Below, in pieces: positions 1 to 10,623 of a stretch of DNA of 64,000 nt. The notes under the pieces are model-generated. The model saw only the letters and a program-made list of their open reading frames with translations. It did no database searches and was not told the origin of the DNA. The position numbers and the translations under genes are program-made. The stretch comes from Candidatus Omnitrophota bacterium (GTDB lineage Bacteria > Ratteibacteria > UBA8468 > B48-G9 > DTJG01), in contig JAMWCD010000001.1 in NCBI GenBank assembly GCA_023818965.1, positions 9,509-73,508 on the forward strand, in the 5' to 3' direction. Numbering within the stretch: the first letter of the stretch is position 1; the number at the start of each line of letters is the position of its first letter.

Positions 1-1
1 T

Positions 2-1135
2 GAATTGAGTTTACCTGCATGGCTTCAGTGCATTGAAAATAAAAAACCATTTGGTGAAATAAAAGGGATATCTTTTTTGCGTGATGGTAAGGCAGTGAGA
101 AATCAGAATATGGAACAGGTGAAAAACCTTGATACAATTCCATTTCCTCCTTATGAAAAAATTGTCAGTTATGCTCCATACATCAATGAATCTGCGCCGG
201 CAAGAATTTCAGAAGTTGCAAAAACTGCATACAATTATCCTGAGGTTATAAGGAATTTTTCTAAAAGAATTAAGAATAACCCACGTTATATTGAATTTAT
301 TTCAAAGAGGGGTTGTACCCATAAATGTTTTTTCTGTTACAGACATGTGCAGGGCATCAGGAGTCATAGTGTGGATTATGTTATAGAGCATATGAAATTG
401 CTACGTTCCCTTTATAACATCGGTGGATTTTATTTTGCTGATGAACTTTTCAACCATAATAAACAATGGGTTATGGAATTGTGTGAAAAAATAAAAAAAT
501 ATTTTCCTGACATTTTCTTTATCGTCTGCGGTGCAAGGGTTGACATGATGGATTCTGAAATGCTTGATGCCTTGAAAGAAAGCGGTTGTATTGAAATCAG
601 TTATGGTCAGGAGTCAGGCGCAGATACTGTCTTAAATGAGTATCAAAAGGCAGTTACTGTTGAACAGAATTTTGAGGTAACCCGTTTGACCCTTGAAAAA
701 GGAATATTTTCTCCTGTTCAACTTGTGATCGGTTCTCCTTCAGAAAGTCCTGAAACAGTGAAACAGACAATAAAATTTTTGAAAAAATTGAAGGTTTATA
801 CTGCCTCCATCAACTATCTCCTTCCATTGCCTGAAACACCTTCCTGGCAGTATGCGATGTCCCATAATTTAATCAAAGACATTGAAAGATACCTTGAAGA
901 TGTTGTTGAATTCGGAGCAGGTTATCCTTACGTCAATCTTACAAAGTACCCGGAAAAAACTTTTAGTACATGGGTTGGGATGATCGGTGTGAAATTGAAT
1001 GCCCTGTACTGGAAAAGAAAAAGAAAATGGATAAGATTTTTCATTGAAGACATTAAATTTTTTATCCTCTGGAGGTTTCCATCTTTTTACAAACTTCTTT
1101 CAAGATTGAAGAAATTTATAAAGAGGGGTTTTTGA
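2..1135 (+). CDS. B12-binding-type radical SAM enzyme (5' end outside window)
   Basis: CxxxCxxC motif (SKRGCTHKCFFC), then FADELF, GARVD, YGQESG and GSPSE motifs typical of class B-like radical SAM proteins. Frame is open to the window edge. Confidence 0.8.
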   Translation, partial: ELSLPAWLQCIENKKPFGEIKGISFLRDGKAVRNQNMEQVKNLDTIPFPPYEKIVSYAPYINESAPARISEVAKTAYNYPEVIRNFSKRIKNNPRYIEFISKRGCTHKCFFCYRHVQGIRSHSVDYVIEHMKLLRSLYNIGGFYFADELFNHNKQWVMELCEKIKKYFPDIFFIVCGARVDMMDSEMLDALKESGCIEISYGQESGADTVLNEYQKAVTVEQNFEVTRLTLEKGIFSPVQLVIGSPSESPETVKQTIKFLKKLKVYTASINYLLPLPETPSWQYAMSHNLIKDIERYLEDVVEFGAGYPYVNLTKYPEKTFSTWVGMIGVKLNALYWKRKRKWIRFFIEDIKFFILWRFPSFYKLLSRLKKFIKRGF

Positions 1136-1136
1136 A

Positions 1137-3056
1137 ATGATTGATTTTTCTGAATCCATGTTAAGAGATAAACTGAAAGAACCTTTGCATCACTTCCTGG
1201 GTCCACGAATTCCTGAAAATGCAACAATTGGATTGTGCACATCAGAAAAAGAAGTAATTTTTATGAAAGAAAAATATGGTTCAGGTATTGATGTTTTGAT
1301 AGCATTGACACCTCAGGCAATATATCAGTGTTATGTGATGAAAATACCTTATTATAAAATTGAGGATTTTTTTGATGTTAATTTCTTTGTCATTGCGGAT
1401 GAGTGGATGCTGAAAATTGAAAAAAAATGGATTGATGAAATTGACTCTTATTTGATGAAAAATTTTACACCTTTTGAAAAATATGATTTTAAACCAGGTT
1501 TTCTGTATTTTTTCTTTCTTAAGGTGATGTATGACATGGTATTCAGGGCTGCGATTGGTCTTGCCCACCTTCTTTTATCCTGCAAACCTGAAAGGATTGT
1601 TTATTTCGGTTCTGACAAATTTTCAATAACGGATACTCTTTTTTTTAATGAATCTGTCTACAAGATAATTCTTCCTGCTTTTGCAAAGACGTATGATGTG
1701 ACCTTAGAACCATTATCTCCGATAGAGAAAAAAACAGTTGAAATTTTTAAAAAAGAAAAATTCCTGAGGATATTGAAACAGATCGTCAAAAAAGTGATAA
1801 ATGCAGCAGGGAAAAGAAAAATGGAATTCCATAAGCCGTACATATTATATAAACCAGGTTACGATGTTGACTTTGTTATTAAATTTTCAGACGAATTTTT
1901 CTTTAAAAACTTTTCGGTCATTTTCCCTTTTATCAGTAAACTGAAAATTGAAAGTGGTCTGGTTTTTCCATCATATGAAATATGGGGAAAAATACGTTCT
2001 GAAAAATTTTTCAAAGATCCATTTGTCTGGTTCGGAGTTGATTTATTTACTTCTGTCGAAAAACATCTTTATTACTGGATGACAAAAATTATTCCTGAAA
2101 TGTGGATAGCATTTTTGAAACTGAATAAATTTTTAATGTTTCACAGACCACAGTGTGTTTTTTTATTTGCTCCATTGGAAATCAAAGATTTTGCACTTAT
2201 TCAATCATCACGATGTCTTAAAATTCCTGTAATTTTTTATCAGCATGGGGGTTTTGAGGGATACTGTGAATATACAGTATATGATATGACAGATTTAAGG
2301 CAATGTGATTATAGATTTGTTTATGGACAGGGTGTTGCGAATTATTTTAATTACAGGAAGTCGCTTTACACTGAGAAAATGGCACACATTATTCCTGTTG
2401 GTTCGGCAAAAATTGATGCATTAAAAAATAAAAAAGTCAATAAGGAAAAAATTTATGAACATCTTGGCATTGAAAAAAGTAAAAAAATCATTTTTTACAT
2501 TCCGACAAGTTACCAGTATCACTGGTATATGTCAAGGGAAGCATATCTTGGTTGTATGTATTTCGAAATGCTCGTTGAAATTTCAAAATTATTTTCTGAA
2601 TTTCCTGATGTTCAATTTATTTATAAGCCATTTCCTGAATCACCCCCTGACCCTGCTGTGGAAATTTTTCAAAGGCATTGCCCGAACTGTAAAATAACCA
2701 GAGAATATTCAGTTTATGAAATTGCATCAATAAGTGATGGCATTGTTGTTGACCTTCCATCAACAGCATTACTGGAAGTCCTGCTGACTGATAAACCCAT
2801 CATCGTTTTTTCTGACAAAAGATTTATATGTCTTCTTGCCGAGGCAAAAGAGATTCTTTCAAAAAGGGCGATTATTGAAGAAGAAATTACGGGTTTTTTC
2901 AATTCTCTCAGACAATTTGTTTCATCTGATCTGAAGAGTTTAAAAAATTATGACAGGACATTTCTAAGAGAGTACGGAACATTTCTTGACGATGGAAAAA
3001 GTGCTGAAAGAGCACTTAAAAAAATAAAGGAAATTACTGGAAAACAAAATGCCTGA
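1137..3056 (+). CDS. Surface-glycan biosynthesis protein, GT-B-like C-terminus (YQHGG motif)
   Basis: 639-aa ORF with YQHGG, GSAKID, YKPFP and STALLEVL motifs seen in capsule/teichoic-type transferases; lies directly before the flippase. Confidence 0.55.
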   Translation: MIDFSESMLRDKLKEPLHHFLGPRIPENATIGLCTSEKEVIFMKEKYGSGIDVLIALTPQAIYQCYVMKIPYYKIEDFFDVNFFVIADEWMLKIEKKWIDEIDSYLMKNFTPFEKYDFKPGFLYFFFLKVMYDMVFRAAIGLAHLLLSCKPERIVYFGSDKFSITDTLFFNESVYKIILPAFAKTYDVTLEPLSPIEKKTVEIFKKEKFLRILKQIVKKVINAAGKRKMEFHKPYILYKPGYDVDFVIKFSDEFFFKNFSVIFPFISKLKIESGLVFPSYEIWGKIRSEKFFKDPFVWFGVDLFTSVEKHLYYWMTKIIPEMWIAFLKLNKFLMFHRPQCVFLFAPLEIKDFALIQSSRCLKIPVIFYQHGGFEGYCEYTVYDMTDLRQCDYRFVYGQGVANYFNYRKSLYTEKMAHIIPVGSAKIDALKNKKVNKEKIYEHLGIEKSKKIIFYIPTSYQYHWYMSREAYLGCMYFEMLVEISKLFSEFPDVQFIYKPFPESPPDPAVEIFQRHCPNCKITREYSVYEIASISDGIVVDLPSTALLEVLLTDKPIIVFSDKRFICLLAEAKEILSKRAIIEEEITGFFNSLRQFVSSDLKSLKNYDRTFLREYGTFLDDGKSAERALKKIKEITGKQNA

Positions 3057-4581
3057 AGATTCATTGAAAAAGAGATATTTTTATAAACTTTCTGTGACCC
3101 TTGCTGGTTATGCAATGGGCTTGATTACAATGGGAATTATTCCCCGTGGGCTTGGACCAAAGGCATTCGGGGATTTTAATTTTATCACAAATTTTTTCTC
3201 TCAAATTGTAAGTTTTCTTGATATGGGTAGTTCAACTGCATTCCTCACAAAACTTTCACAGAGACAGGAAGAAAAAGGAATTTTTGTTTTTTATCTTTAT
3301 TTTGCGCTTGTGATTACTGCTTTTGTGATGTTTTTTGTCATAATTTCCCGGTTATTCTCCCTGCATATGAAATTCTGGCCAGGTCAGTCAATGTTTTTTG
3401 TGTACTGTGGTGTGATATGGGCAATTATGAACTGGCTGGCTAATGTTTTAAATCAGGCAACTGATGCCTATGGATTGACTGTTGCAGCAGAAATGAAAAA
3501 ACTGTATCAGAAATTGTTCAGCGTTATTGTCATTGTCGTTCTTTTCTACTTAAATCTTATAAATCTGAAAACATTTTTTCTTTACCAGTATTTCATTCAA
3601 ATTTTTCTTGTAGCATCGTTTTTAGTCGTTCTCAGAGATGCAGGAAAATTACCATCACAATGGAATCTTTCCATCCAGGCACGAAATTTTTACGTTAAGG
3701 AATTTGTTCAGTATTGCCATCCATTGTTTTTTTATTCCCTTGTCAGTTTATTGACAGGTATTTTTGACCGATGGATTTTGCAGTATTTTGGCGGAAGTGT
3801 TCAACAGGGTTTTTATGGTTTAGGGTTTCAAATTTGTTCACTGTGTATGCTCTTCACATCTTCCCTGACCCCACTATTTATAAGAGAGTTTGCTATTGCA
3901 TATGCAAGGAATGACAGGGATAGAATGGCTTTTCTCTTCCGCAGATACATTCCACTGTTTTATGTTATCACTGCATATTTTTCATGTTTTGCAGCCACAA
4001 ATGCTGATAGAGTGATAATGATTCTTGCAGGTCCTCAATATCAATTTGCCCTGATTCCTGTGATTTTGATGTGCCTTTTTCCGATTCATTCAACCTATGG
4101 ACAATTGAGTAATTCTGTATTTCTTGCGACAGACCAGACAAAACTGTACAGGAATATTGGTGTTCCTTTTATGATTTTTGGGGTTCCACTGACATACATT
4201 TTCATTGCTCCACATCATAAATTTGGTTTAGAAATGGGAGCCACAGGGCTTGCAATAAAAATGCTTTTATTCCAGTTCCTTCATGTTAACATCTGCCTTT
4301 ATTTCAATGCAAGATATTTAAAAATTTCATTTTTCAGATATCTTGTACATCAGATTCTTTCGGTCCTGGTCATCGGTATTATTGCAATTTTCTCAAGATT
4401 TGCAATGGAAAAAATTATTCCTGGATTTCATTTTATTGTAAAACTTGTTTTTAATGGAATACTGTATTCAGGAATTCTTGCTTTTCTTGCTTACTTTTAT
4501 CCAAGGATATTTGGTTTAAAACAGGATGATATTGGCATGATATATACAATCGTGCGGAGGGGACTTGACAAAACAAAATAA
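3049..4581 (+). CDS. Wzx-like oligosaccharide flippase (MOP family)
   Basis: 510 aa, hydrophobic throughout; N-terminal IPRGLGPKAFG..F..DMG pattern and DRWILQYFGG..QQGFY in the second half. Confidence 0.85.
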   Translation: MPEDSLKKRYFYKLSVTLAGYAMGLITMGIIPRGLGPKAFGDFNFITNFFSQIVSFLDMGSSTAFLTKLSQRQEEKGIFVFYLYFALVITAFVMFFVIISRLFSLHMKFWPGQSMFFVYCGVIWAIMNWLANVLNQATDAYGLTVAAEMKKLYQKLFSVIVIVVLFYLNLINLKTFFLYQYFIQIFLVASFLVVLRDAGKLPSQWNLSIQARNFYVKEFVQYCHPLFFYSLVSLLTGIFDRWILQYFGGSVQQGFYGLGFQICSLCMLFTSSLTPLFIREFAIAYARNDRDRMAFLFRRYIPLFYVITAYFSCFAATNADRVIMILAGPQYQFALIPVILMCLFPIHSTYGQLSNSVFLATDQTKLYRNIGVPFMIFGVPLTYIFIAPHHKFGLEMGATGLAIKMLLFQFLHVNICLYFNARYLKISFFRYLVHQILSVLVIGIIAIFSRFAMEKIIPGFHFIVKLVFNGILYSGILAFLAYFYPRIFGLKQDDIGMIYTIVRRGLDKTK

Positions 4582-4593
4582 TTATGTTTTAAT
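4565..4593 (+). promoter_or_regulatory. Putative internal sigma70 promoter
   Basis: TTGACA, 17-nt spacer, TTTAAT with upstream TG, just ahead of the ATG at 4615. Confidence 0.4.
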
Positions 4594-4614
4594 TGTTTAA
4601 AACAAATTAAACAA

Positions 4615-5310
4615 ATGAATGCCGCAATAATATTTGCAAAGGGTTCAGAGAAAGGGAAAAGAAATATCAACCTGTATCTTGTTGATGGAAAGCCATTGAT
4701 TTATTACTCAATAAAGGCAGCCCTTGATACAGTCAGTATACAGTCAGTTTTTGTTTCAACTGATGATGAGGAAATTTCACACATTGCGGGTGGATTTTCC
4801 TGCAGGATTATCAGAAGAAAGATTTCAACTGACCATGATGGAATGGGACCAGCAATTGTTGAGGCAGTAAATCAAATTAATGAAAGAAATGAATTTGAAA
4901 ACATTGTGCTTTTGTCAGGAAACACAGCAATGGTCAATAGCCATCTTATTGAGAAAGCCCTTGATGTTTTGAAAAAGAAAAATGATGTTAGTTCAGTCAT
5001 TTCTGTCTGGAAGGCAAAGCATGATCATCCAAATTTTGCATTGATTAAAAAAAATAATACTGTTTCACCACTACTTGATAAACCAATTCCAGATGATGTT
5101 TATTTTTACGATGGTTCTGTTTGTGCCATCAGGAGTAAAATTATCAATCACAGATGCTTCAATTTCAGAAACTGGTGGGCATATCTTCCTGATTGCGTTT
5201 TCCTTGTAAGACCCTGGCCTACAGGAAGGGATGTTCACGATAGTTATGGGCTTGCCCTTGCAAGATGGTGGATTGAAAATGCGTTGATTGATGTCAGCGA
5301 GGAACTATGA
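4615..5310 (+). CDS. Cytidylyltransferase family protein (NeuA/KdsB-like), divergent motif
   Basis: GKPLIYYSI and VFVSTDDEEI motifs; N-terminal motif reads AKGSEKGKRN instead of ARGGSKG. Confidence 0.7.
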   Translation: MNAAIIFAKGSEKGKRNINLYLVDGKPLIYYSIKAALDTVSIQSVFVSTDDEEISHIAGGFSCRIIRRKISTDHDGMGPAIVEAVNQINERNEFENIVLLSGNTAMVNSHLIEKALDVLKKKNDVSSVISVWKAKHDHPNFALIKKNNTVSPLLDKPIPDDVYFYDGSVCAIRSKIINHRCFNFRNWWAYLPDCVFLVRPWPTGRDVHDSYGLALARWWIENALIDVSEEL

Positions 5311-6281
5311 AAAAAATAAGAGTACTTGTTTCAACTCATCCATTTGCAAAATCAAATCCAGTTGCTGCTGAGTTGATTCTGCAGCAGGGATGGGAACTTG
5401 AATTCAATCCATATGGAAGAAAAATAACTCCATCTGAGTTGAAAATGTTATTGCCTGAAGTTGATGCCCTGATAGCAGGGACAGAGAGAATTGATGCAGA
5501 GGTTCTTGAATATGCTGCTGACTTAAAACTGATTTCGAGGGTTGGAATCGGAGTTGACAATATTGACTGGAATGAAATTAAAAAGCGTGGTATTGAGGTT
5601 GCATATACGCCTGATGCACCAAGTTTATCAGTTGCAGAATTAACCCTGAGTTTAATGATAAACCTGTTGAGGGGAATTCACATTGCTGACATTGAAATGC
5701 ACAAAAAAAACTGGAAGAGGGTTACTGGATATGAACTTACAAATAAGACAATCGGTATTATTGGCATGGGAAGGGTAGGGAAAAATGTTGTGAAACTTTT
5801 ACAACCATTTCATTGCAAAATCCTTTTTAATGATATTAAACCTGATTTTGAGTTTATAGAAAAATACAAATTGAAACTGGTGGAAAAGGAAGAGATTTAT
5901 AAAAATGCGATGATTGTGAGTTTTCATGTTCCATTAACACCAGATACACATCTGATGGTTAATGAAAAAGTTTTTCAATCAATGAGACACGATGCATACC
6001 TTATTAACACTTCAAGAGGCCAGATTGTTGATGAAGAATGTCTTTATAATGCCTTGAAAAATAACCAAATTGCAGGTGCTGCCATTGATGTTTATTCAGA
6101 AGAACCATATCACGGCAAGCTTACAGGACTACCTAACATTATACTGACCTGTCATATGGGTTCCTGTACAGAAGAAAGCAGATCTGCTATGGAAATTGGT
6201 GCTGCAGAAGCGGTTGTTGATTTTTTCAATGGACGACCATTAAAAAACAGGGTACCGGATGAGATGAGGATTTCTATATGA
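5307..6281 (+). CDS. D-isomer 2-hydroxyacid dehydrogenase (phosphoglycerate dehydrogenase-like)
   Basis: RVGIGVDNID, GIIGMGRVG Rossmann motif, INTSRG, DVYSEEP, HMGS. Confidence 0.9.
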   Translation: MKKIRVLVSTHPFAKSNPVAAELILQQGWELEFNPYGRKITPSELKMLLPEVDALIAGTERIDAEVLEYAADLKLISRVGIGVDNIDWNEIKKRGIEVAYTPDAPSLSVAELTLSLMINLLRGIHIADIEMHKKNWKRVTGYELTNKTIGIIGMGRVGKNVVKLLQPFHCKILFNDIKPDFEFIEKYKLKLVEKEEIYKNAMIVSFHVPLTPDTHLMVNEKVFQSMRHDAYLINTSRGQIVDEECLYNALKNNQIAGAAIDVYSEEPYHGKLTGLPNIILTCHMGSCTEESRSAMEIGAAEAVVDFFNGRPLKNRVPDEMRISI

Positions 6282-7294
6282 AAAAACAACCTTTTATCAG
6301 TGTTAATGCAAACATTCATTTTCTCTATATGACAAAGCAGGAAGAACAAAGTCCTGTGTATCAGGAATACAGGAAAAAATGGTATCAGAACCCTGAAACT
6401 TTTACTGCTGGCAGTTTTCCATTACATCTTGACATAGAATCAACAAGTTTGTGCAATTTGAACTGTCCTTTTTGCTCATTCAAATCAGTTCATCGTGGGT
6501 GGAAAAGAGGAAATATGGAGTGGAACCTTTATAAAAAAATTATTGATGAAGGGAAAGAGCACCGTCTTTATTCAATAAAATTAAGTTTACGGGGGGAACC
6601 TCTTTTGCATCCTGAAATTTTTAAAATGATTGAATATGCCAGAAAAAGTGGAGTGATTGATATTTATTTTAATACCAATGCAGTGCTACTTGATGAACAA
6701 AAGGCAGATGCCATCATTAATTCACAGGTCAATAGAATTTCAATTTCTTTTGAGGGCTACGAAAAAAATCTTTATGAAAAAAACAGGATTGGAGCACGTT
6801 TTGAAGATGTTGTAAAAAATATAGAAACACTTGTGAATAAAAGGAACAGAAAAAACACGAAATACCCGAGAATTAGAATTCAAACTGTTCTTATTCCTGA
6901 AATGGAAAACATCCTTGAACAGTATAAAAATTTCTGGATGGAAAAAGGTGTGGATGAAATCGCATACCTTGATCTTGAAAAAGAACCTGAGAATAATGAA
7001 GATTTAAGTTATCCATGGGTTTGTCCACAATTATGGCAGAGAATGACCATATGGTATGATGGAACATTACTGCCCTGTGTTCATGATACTTATGGAATTA
7101 TGCGAATTGGCAATGTTTCAGAAATAAATATTGCAGATGCCTGGCACAGTACAGTTGAAAATGGTTACCGGCTTATTCATCAGTCCGGCTATGGTGAAAC
7201 CCTTTATTCATGCAGAATATGTCCGTTAAGGGCAGGACAGGTAAGAAGAATTAAAAAGGAGATATGCCATGATACCAGCACTATTAATAGGTAG
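6278..7294 (+). CDS. Radical SAM protein with SPASM/twitch domain
   Basis: CNLNCPFC, RGEPLLHP, and C-terminal CPQLW..DG..LPC..CRIC cysteines. Confidence 0.9.
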   Translation: MKKQPFISVNANIHFLYMTKQEEQSPVYQEYRKKWYQNPETFTAGSFPLHLDIESTSLCNLNCPFCSFKSVHRGWKRGNMEWNLYKKIIDEGKEHRLYSIKLSLRGEPLLHPEIFKMIEYARKSGVIDIYFNTNAVLLDEQKADAIINSQVNRISISFEGYEKNLYEKNRIGARFEDVVKNIETLVNKRNRKNTKYPRIRIQTVLIPEMENILEQYKNFWMEKGVDEIAYLDLEKEPENNEDLSYPWVCPQLWQRMTIWYDGTLLPCVHDTYGIMRIGNVSEINIADAWHSTVENGYRLIHQSGYGETLYSCRICPLRAGQVRRIKKEICHDTSTINR

Positions 7295-8018
7295 GGAAGG
7301 AAGTTCAGGATTTCCAGGGAAAAACATATATATTGTTGTTGGAAGGCATATGATGGAGTATCCTTTACTCGCCGCAAAACATTCAAAATATGTTGATGAA
7401 ATCTATATTTCAACTGACTCAAAAAAAATCAAGGAAATTGGCAGTAAATATGGAACAAAAATTATTGAAAGACCTCCAGAATTATGCACAAATCAGGCAC
7501 TTGGTGAAGATGTTTTTGCTCATGGCTACAGGTATATCAGGGACACTTCAGGAAAACCAATTGAACTTGTGGTGCTATTGTTTTGCAATGCACCAACTGT
7601 TCTGGCAAAGACAATAGATGAGGCAATTGAACTATTAAGAAAAAATCCTGAAGCAGATTCTGCTGTAAGTGTTTCAATTTACAATATGTGGAGTCCTCTA
7701 AGAGCAAGAAAACTTGGAAAGGATGGTTTTTTGTATCCATTTGTTCCATTTGAAGTTTTTGGAGATGTGAGCAAACTCAGTTGCGACAGAGATTCTCAGG
7801 GAGATGTTTATTTTGCTGATATGGGAGTTTCTGTTGTAAGACCCCATTGCCTTGAAAATCTTAAAGAGGGACTTTTACCGCAAAGATGGATGGGAAAGAA
7901 AATATTACCGGTTCTCCAGTGGGGAGGACTTGATGTTGATTTCAAATGGCAGATTCCACTTGTTGAATACTGGTTAAAAGAACATGGTTTTACAGAAACA
8001 AGAACCCCGTATGAATAA
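7269..8018 (+). CDS. Cytidylyltransferase family protein
   Basis: GREGSSGFPGKN, YISTDS, IERPPEL and C-terminal LDVD motifs. Confidence 0.8.
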   Translation: MIPALLIGREGSSGFPGKNIYIVVGRHMMEYPLLAAKHSKYVDEIYISTDSKKIKEIGSKYGTKIIERPPELCTNQALGEDVFAHGYRYIRDTSGKPIELVVLLFCNAPTVLAKTIDEAIELLRKNPEADSAVSVSIYNMWSPLRARKLGKDGFLYPFVPFEVFGDVSKLSCDRDSQGDVYFADMGVSVVRPHCLENLKEGLLPQRWMGKKILPVLQWGGLDVDFKWQIPLVEYWLKEHGFTETRTPYE

Positions 8019-8775
8019 GAGAAATTTTGTAGAATTGCAGGGAAAAAAAGTTTTGGTCACCGGTGCGACCGGTGGGATAGGTTCAGCGATAGCAAGGAAT
8101 TTTGGTAAACAAGGAGCAATTGTCGGCATACATTTTTATAAAAATGAAGAAAGGGCTGAGATGTTATCAAGAGAAATTAAAGAAGAAGGAGGACAACCAA
8201 TTATACTGCAAGCTGACCTTACTATAGAAAAAGAAATTCTTGACCTTGTGGGATTATTTTATCAAAAAACAGGAGGTATTGATATTGTCGTTAACAATGC
8301 CGGCGGAATTGCTGACCTTGTTCATTTCGAAAAAATTACCCCAGCAGAGTGGGATGGAATAATTTCGCTTAACCTTAAAGCACCATTTTTTATAATGAGA
8401 GAATCATTTCTGCGAATGAAAGCACAAAAAAAAGGAAGGATTATTAATATCAGTTCCGTGGCAGCAAAATATGGCGGTTCTGAATGGAGTGTCCCCTATG
8501 GAGTGGCGAAGGCAGGGATCGAAAACCTTACCGTATTTTTCTCCCGAGTGGGTGCACAATACAATATCTTGGTGAATTGTGTTAGACCAGGTGTAATAGA
8601 TACAGAGTTCCAGAGAAGAATTAGAACGGATGAGCAATTGAAAAACAGAATATCCTTAATTCCTTTGAAAAGGATGGGAACACCTGATGATGTTGCTATG
8701 ATGGTGTTATTTCTTGCTTCAGACGCAGGTTCTTTTATTACAGGTCAGATTATTTCAGTATCAGGTGGAGAATGA
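8011..8775 (+). CDS. SDR family NAD(P)-dependent oxidoreductase
   Basis: TGATGGIG, NNAG, YGVAK catalytic motif, PGVIDT. ATG at 8011 preferred over the ORF-track start. Confidence 0.9.
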   Translation: MNKRNFVELQGKKVLVTGATGGIGSAIARNFGKQGAIVGIHFYKNEERAEMLSREIKEEGGQPIILQADLTIEKEILDLVGLFYQKTGGIDIVVNNAGGIADLVHFEKITPAEWDGIISLNLKAPFFIMRESFLRMKAQKKGRIINISSVAAKYGGSEWSVPYGVAKAGIENLTVFFSRVGAQYNILVNCVRPGVIDTEFQRRIRTDEQLKNRISLIPLKRMGTPDDVAMMVLFLASDAGSFITGQIISVSGGE

Positions 8776-9605
8776 AAAAAGTTAAAAAAATTTTTGGGGG
8801 TGTGGTTTCTCGCCTGTTTATGTTTCTAAAGGAATTGTCGCTGGATGTGGCATTAAGACAGCAACGACTGGACGCTCTTGCTGTCAGGTTATCGAATATC
8901 GTAAAGGATATTTCTAATCAATATACAGGGGTTGTTCTCACCGATAGTTTACAGTTAAAGTGTACAAGATATCTTCATGCTTTTCAAATTTCTCTAGTAA
9001 ACGATATTCTTCCTGAACTTGAAAACCCGTTAATTATAGATATAGGGGATTCAGCAGGTACCCACATTCTTTATATTAAATCCATCTACAGGGACAAAAG
9101 GATAAAGGCTATAAGTGTTAATCTTGATAAAATGGCAGTTGAAAGAATAAAAAAGTTGGGACTCGAGGCGCTGGTATGTCGTGCTGAAGATCTTCCGAAT
9201 CTTGGTATTAAACCCGATGTTTTTCTTTGTTTTGAAGTCCTTGAGCACATGTCCGACCCGGTCAGATTTCTTCATTCCCTAGCCACTGTTGGAGCAAAAT
9301 ATATTATCATTACTGTTCCTTTTGTCAGACGAAGCCGTGTAGGCTTTCAGCATATTCGTACAAAAACAAGGAAAATGGCGACCGCAGAGAATATGCACAT
9401 ATTTGAGCTTTGCCCTGAGGATTGGAAGCTTCTTATGATGCATTCTGGATGGAAAGTAGTGAAGGAAAAAATATATCTGCAGGAGCCACGATGGCATCCT
9501 CTATACTTCACTTCCATTTTATGGAGGAAATACGATTTTGAAGGATATTACGGAGTAATTTTACGGCCAGATTTTGAATGGGAACGTTTATACAGGGATT
9601 GGTGA
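8772..9605 (+). CDS. Class I SAM-dependent methyltransferase
   Basis: IIDIGDSAG motif I, CFEVLEHMSDP, ITVP. Confidence 0.75.
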   Translation: MKKVKKIFGGVVSRLFMFLKELSLDVALRQQRLDALAVRLSNIVKDISNQYTGVVLTDSLQLKCTRYLHAFQISLVNDILPELENPLIIDIGDSAGTHILYIKSIYRDKRIKAISVNLDKMAVERIKKLGLEALVCRAEDLPNLGIKPDVFLCFEVLEHMSDPVRFLHSLATVGAKYIIITVPFVRRSRVGFQHIRTKTRKMATAENMHIFELCPEDWKLLMMHSGWKVVKEKIYLQEPRWHPLYFTSILWRKYDFEGYYGVILRPDFEWERLYRDW

Positions 9606-9634
9606 CTCAGTGAACAAAAAAAATTCTTCTGTAT

Positions 9635-10586
9635 ATGGACGAGAGTACTAATTATAAGAATTTGAACGCGTTATTGAATTCTTTAAACGATGAAGACAAA
9701 GTTATTATTTGCTACACCGGCATAGTGATGAAACAGTATGTGAGGGAAAAACTTGGGGAATTTTATGGTGAGATGATTTTCTATCCATTTGCAAAGGAAT
9801 ATAGAGAAACCTCTTTTCGGTTAAGAAATGAATATGTGAAATTTGTTTCAATACTTGGTGAAAAATTGGTAAGTAAAGGGAGAAACTTAAAAACGTATTT
9901 CAAAATTCCTTTTAGAGACGTATCCGCTTGGTGGTTTAGCCTTATCGCGGAGAAGAATCCAATGAAATCGATGTCCATCGTAACTTTTTATCAACTTGTT
10001 ACAGTGATCAATGCTATCGAAAAAAATGGGTGTAATTCAGTATTTCTTATGGTGGACAACCCTGGGTTGTCCTTGTGTCTGAAAAAATACTCAAAAGACG
10101 ACCATATCGCTTTTTACTCCAAGCGTTTCACACTATTGAAGTATGAAATGCTTGTTGCTATGGGCACTACCATGTCTGCAATATACCGTTTCGTCCAGAT
10201 ACTCAAGAGGTCTATTATTCTGAGAAGAAGATTAAGAAGTTTTTCTTGTACACGGAGGCTGGCGATAACCGAACCAAACTATATTTTTGTTACCTATTTT
10301 CCGCAAGTGGATAAGGAAGCAATCAAAAAAGGGATGTTCATAAATAAATACTTTGGACCACTTCAGGGTGGTCTTGAACAAAAATACAAAGAAAAAATCG
10401 CGTGGATATTACTGCAGGAACAAACATTTGAATATAATGAAAATTCTGGAATATCTCTGACTGAAAAACTAAATCACGCTGGTTATAAACTGTTTTTTTT
10501 GGGAAGAATTTCTTTCTCCCATGGATTTTCTTATGGCAATTTTATGCCATGCATTACTTGCGATTAGATTTATTACAATAAAATAA
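9635..10586 (+). pseudogene. Truncated, frameshifted paralog of the downstream surface-carbohydrate protein
   Basis: SAWWFSLIAEKN and FINKYFGPL align with ISWWTSRVWERN and FYDRYFPGL of 10624..12522. Frame shifts at T8 (10493-10500); the alternative frame stops at TAA 10584-10586; the C-terminal half is absent. Confidence 0.7.
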
Positions 10587-10623
10587 ATGACATCGTTTAT
10601 GAGAGATGTCTCCAGAGTGAAGA

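Noticed and set aside
10493-10500. T8 tract as a working phase-variation switch
   Set aside because: Restoring the frame only extends the protein to the stop at 10584-10586 and does not join 10624..12522, so no full-length ON state exists.
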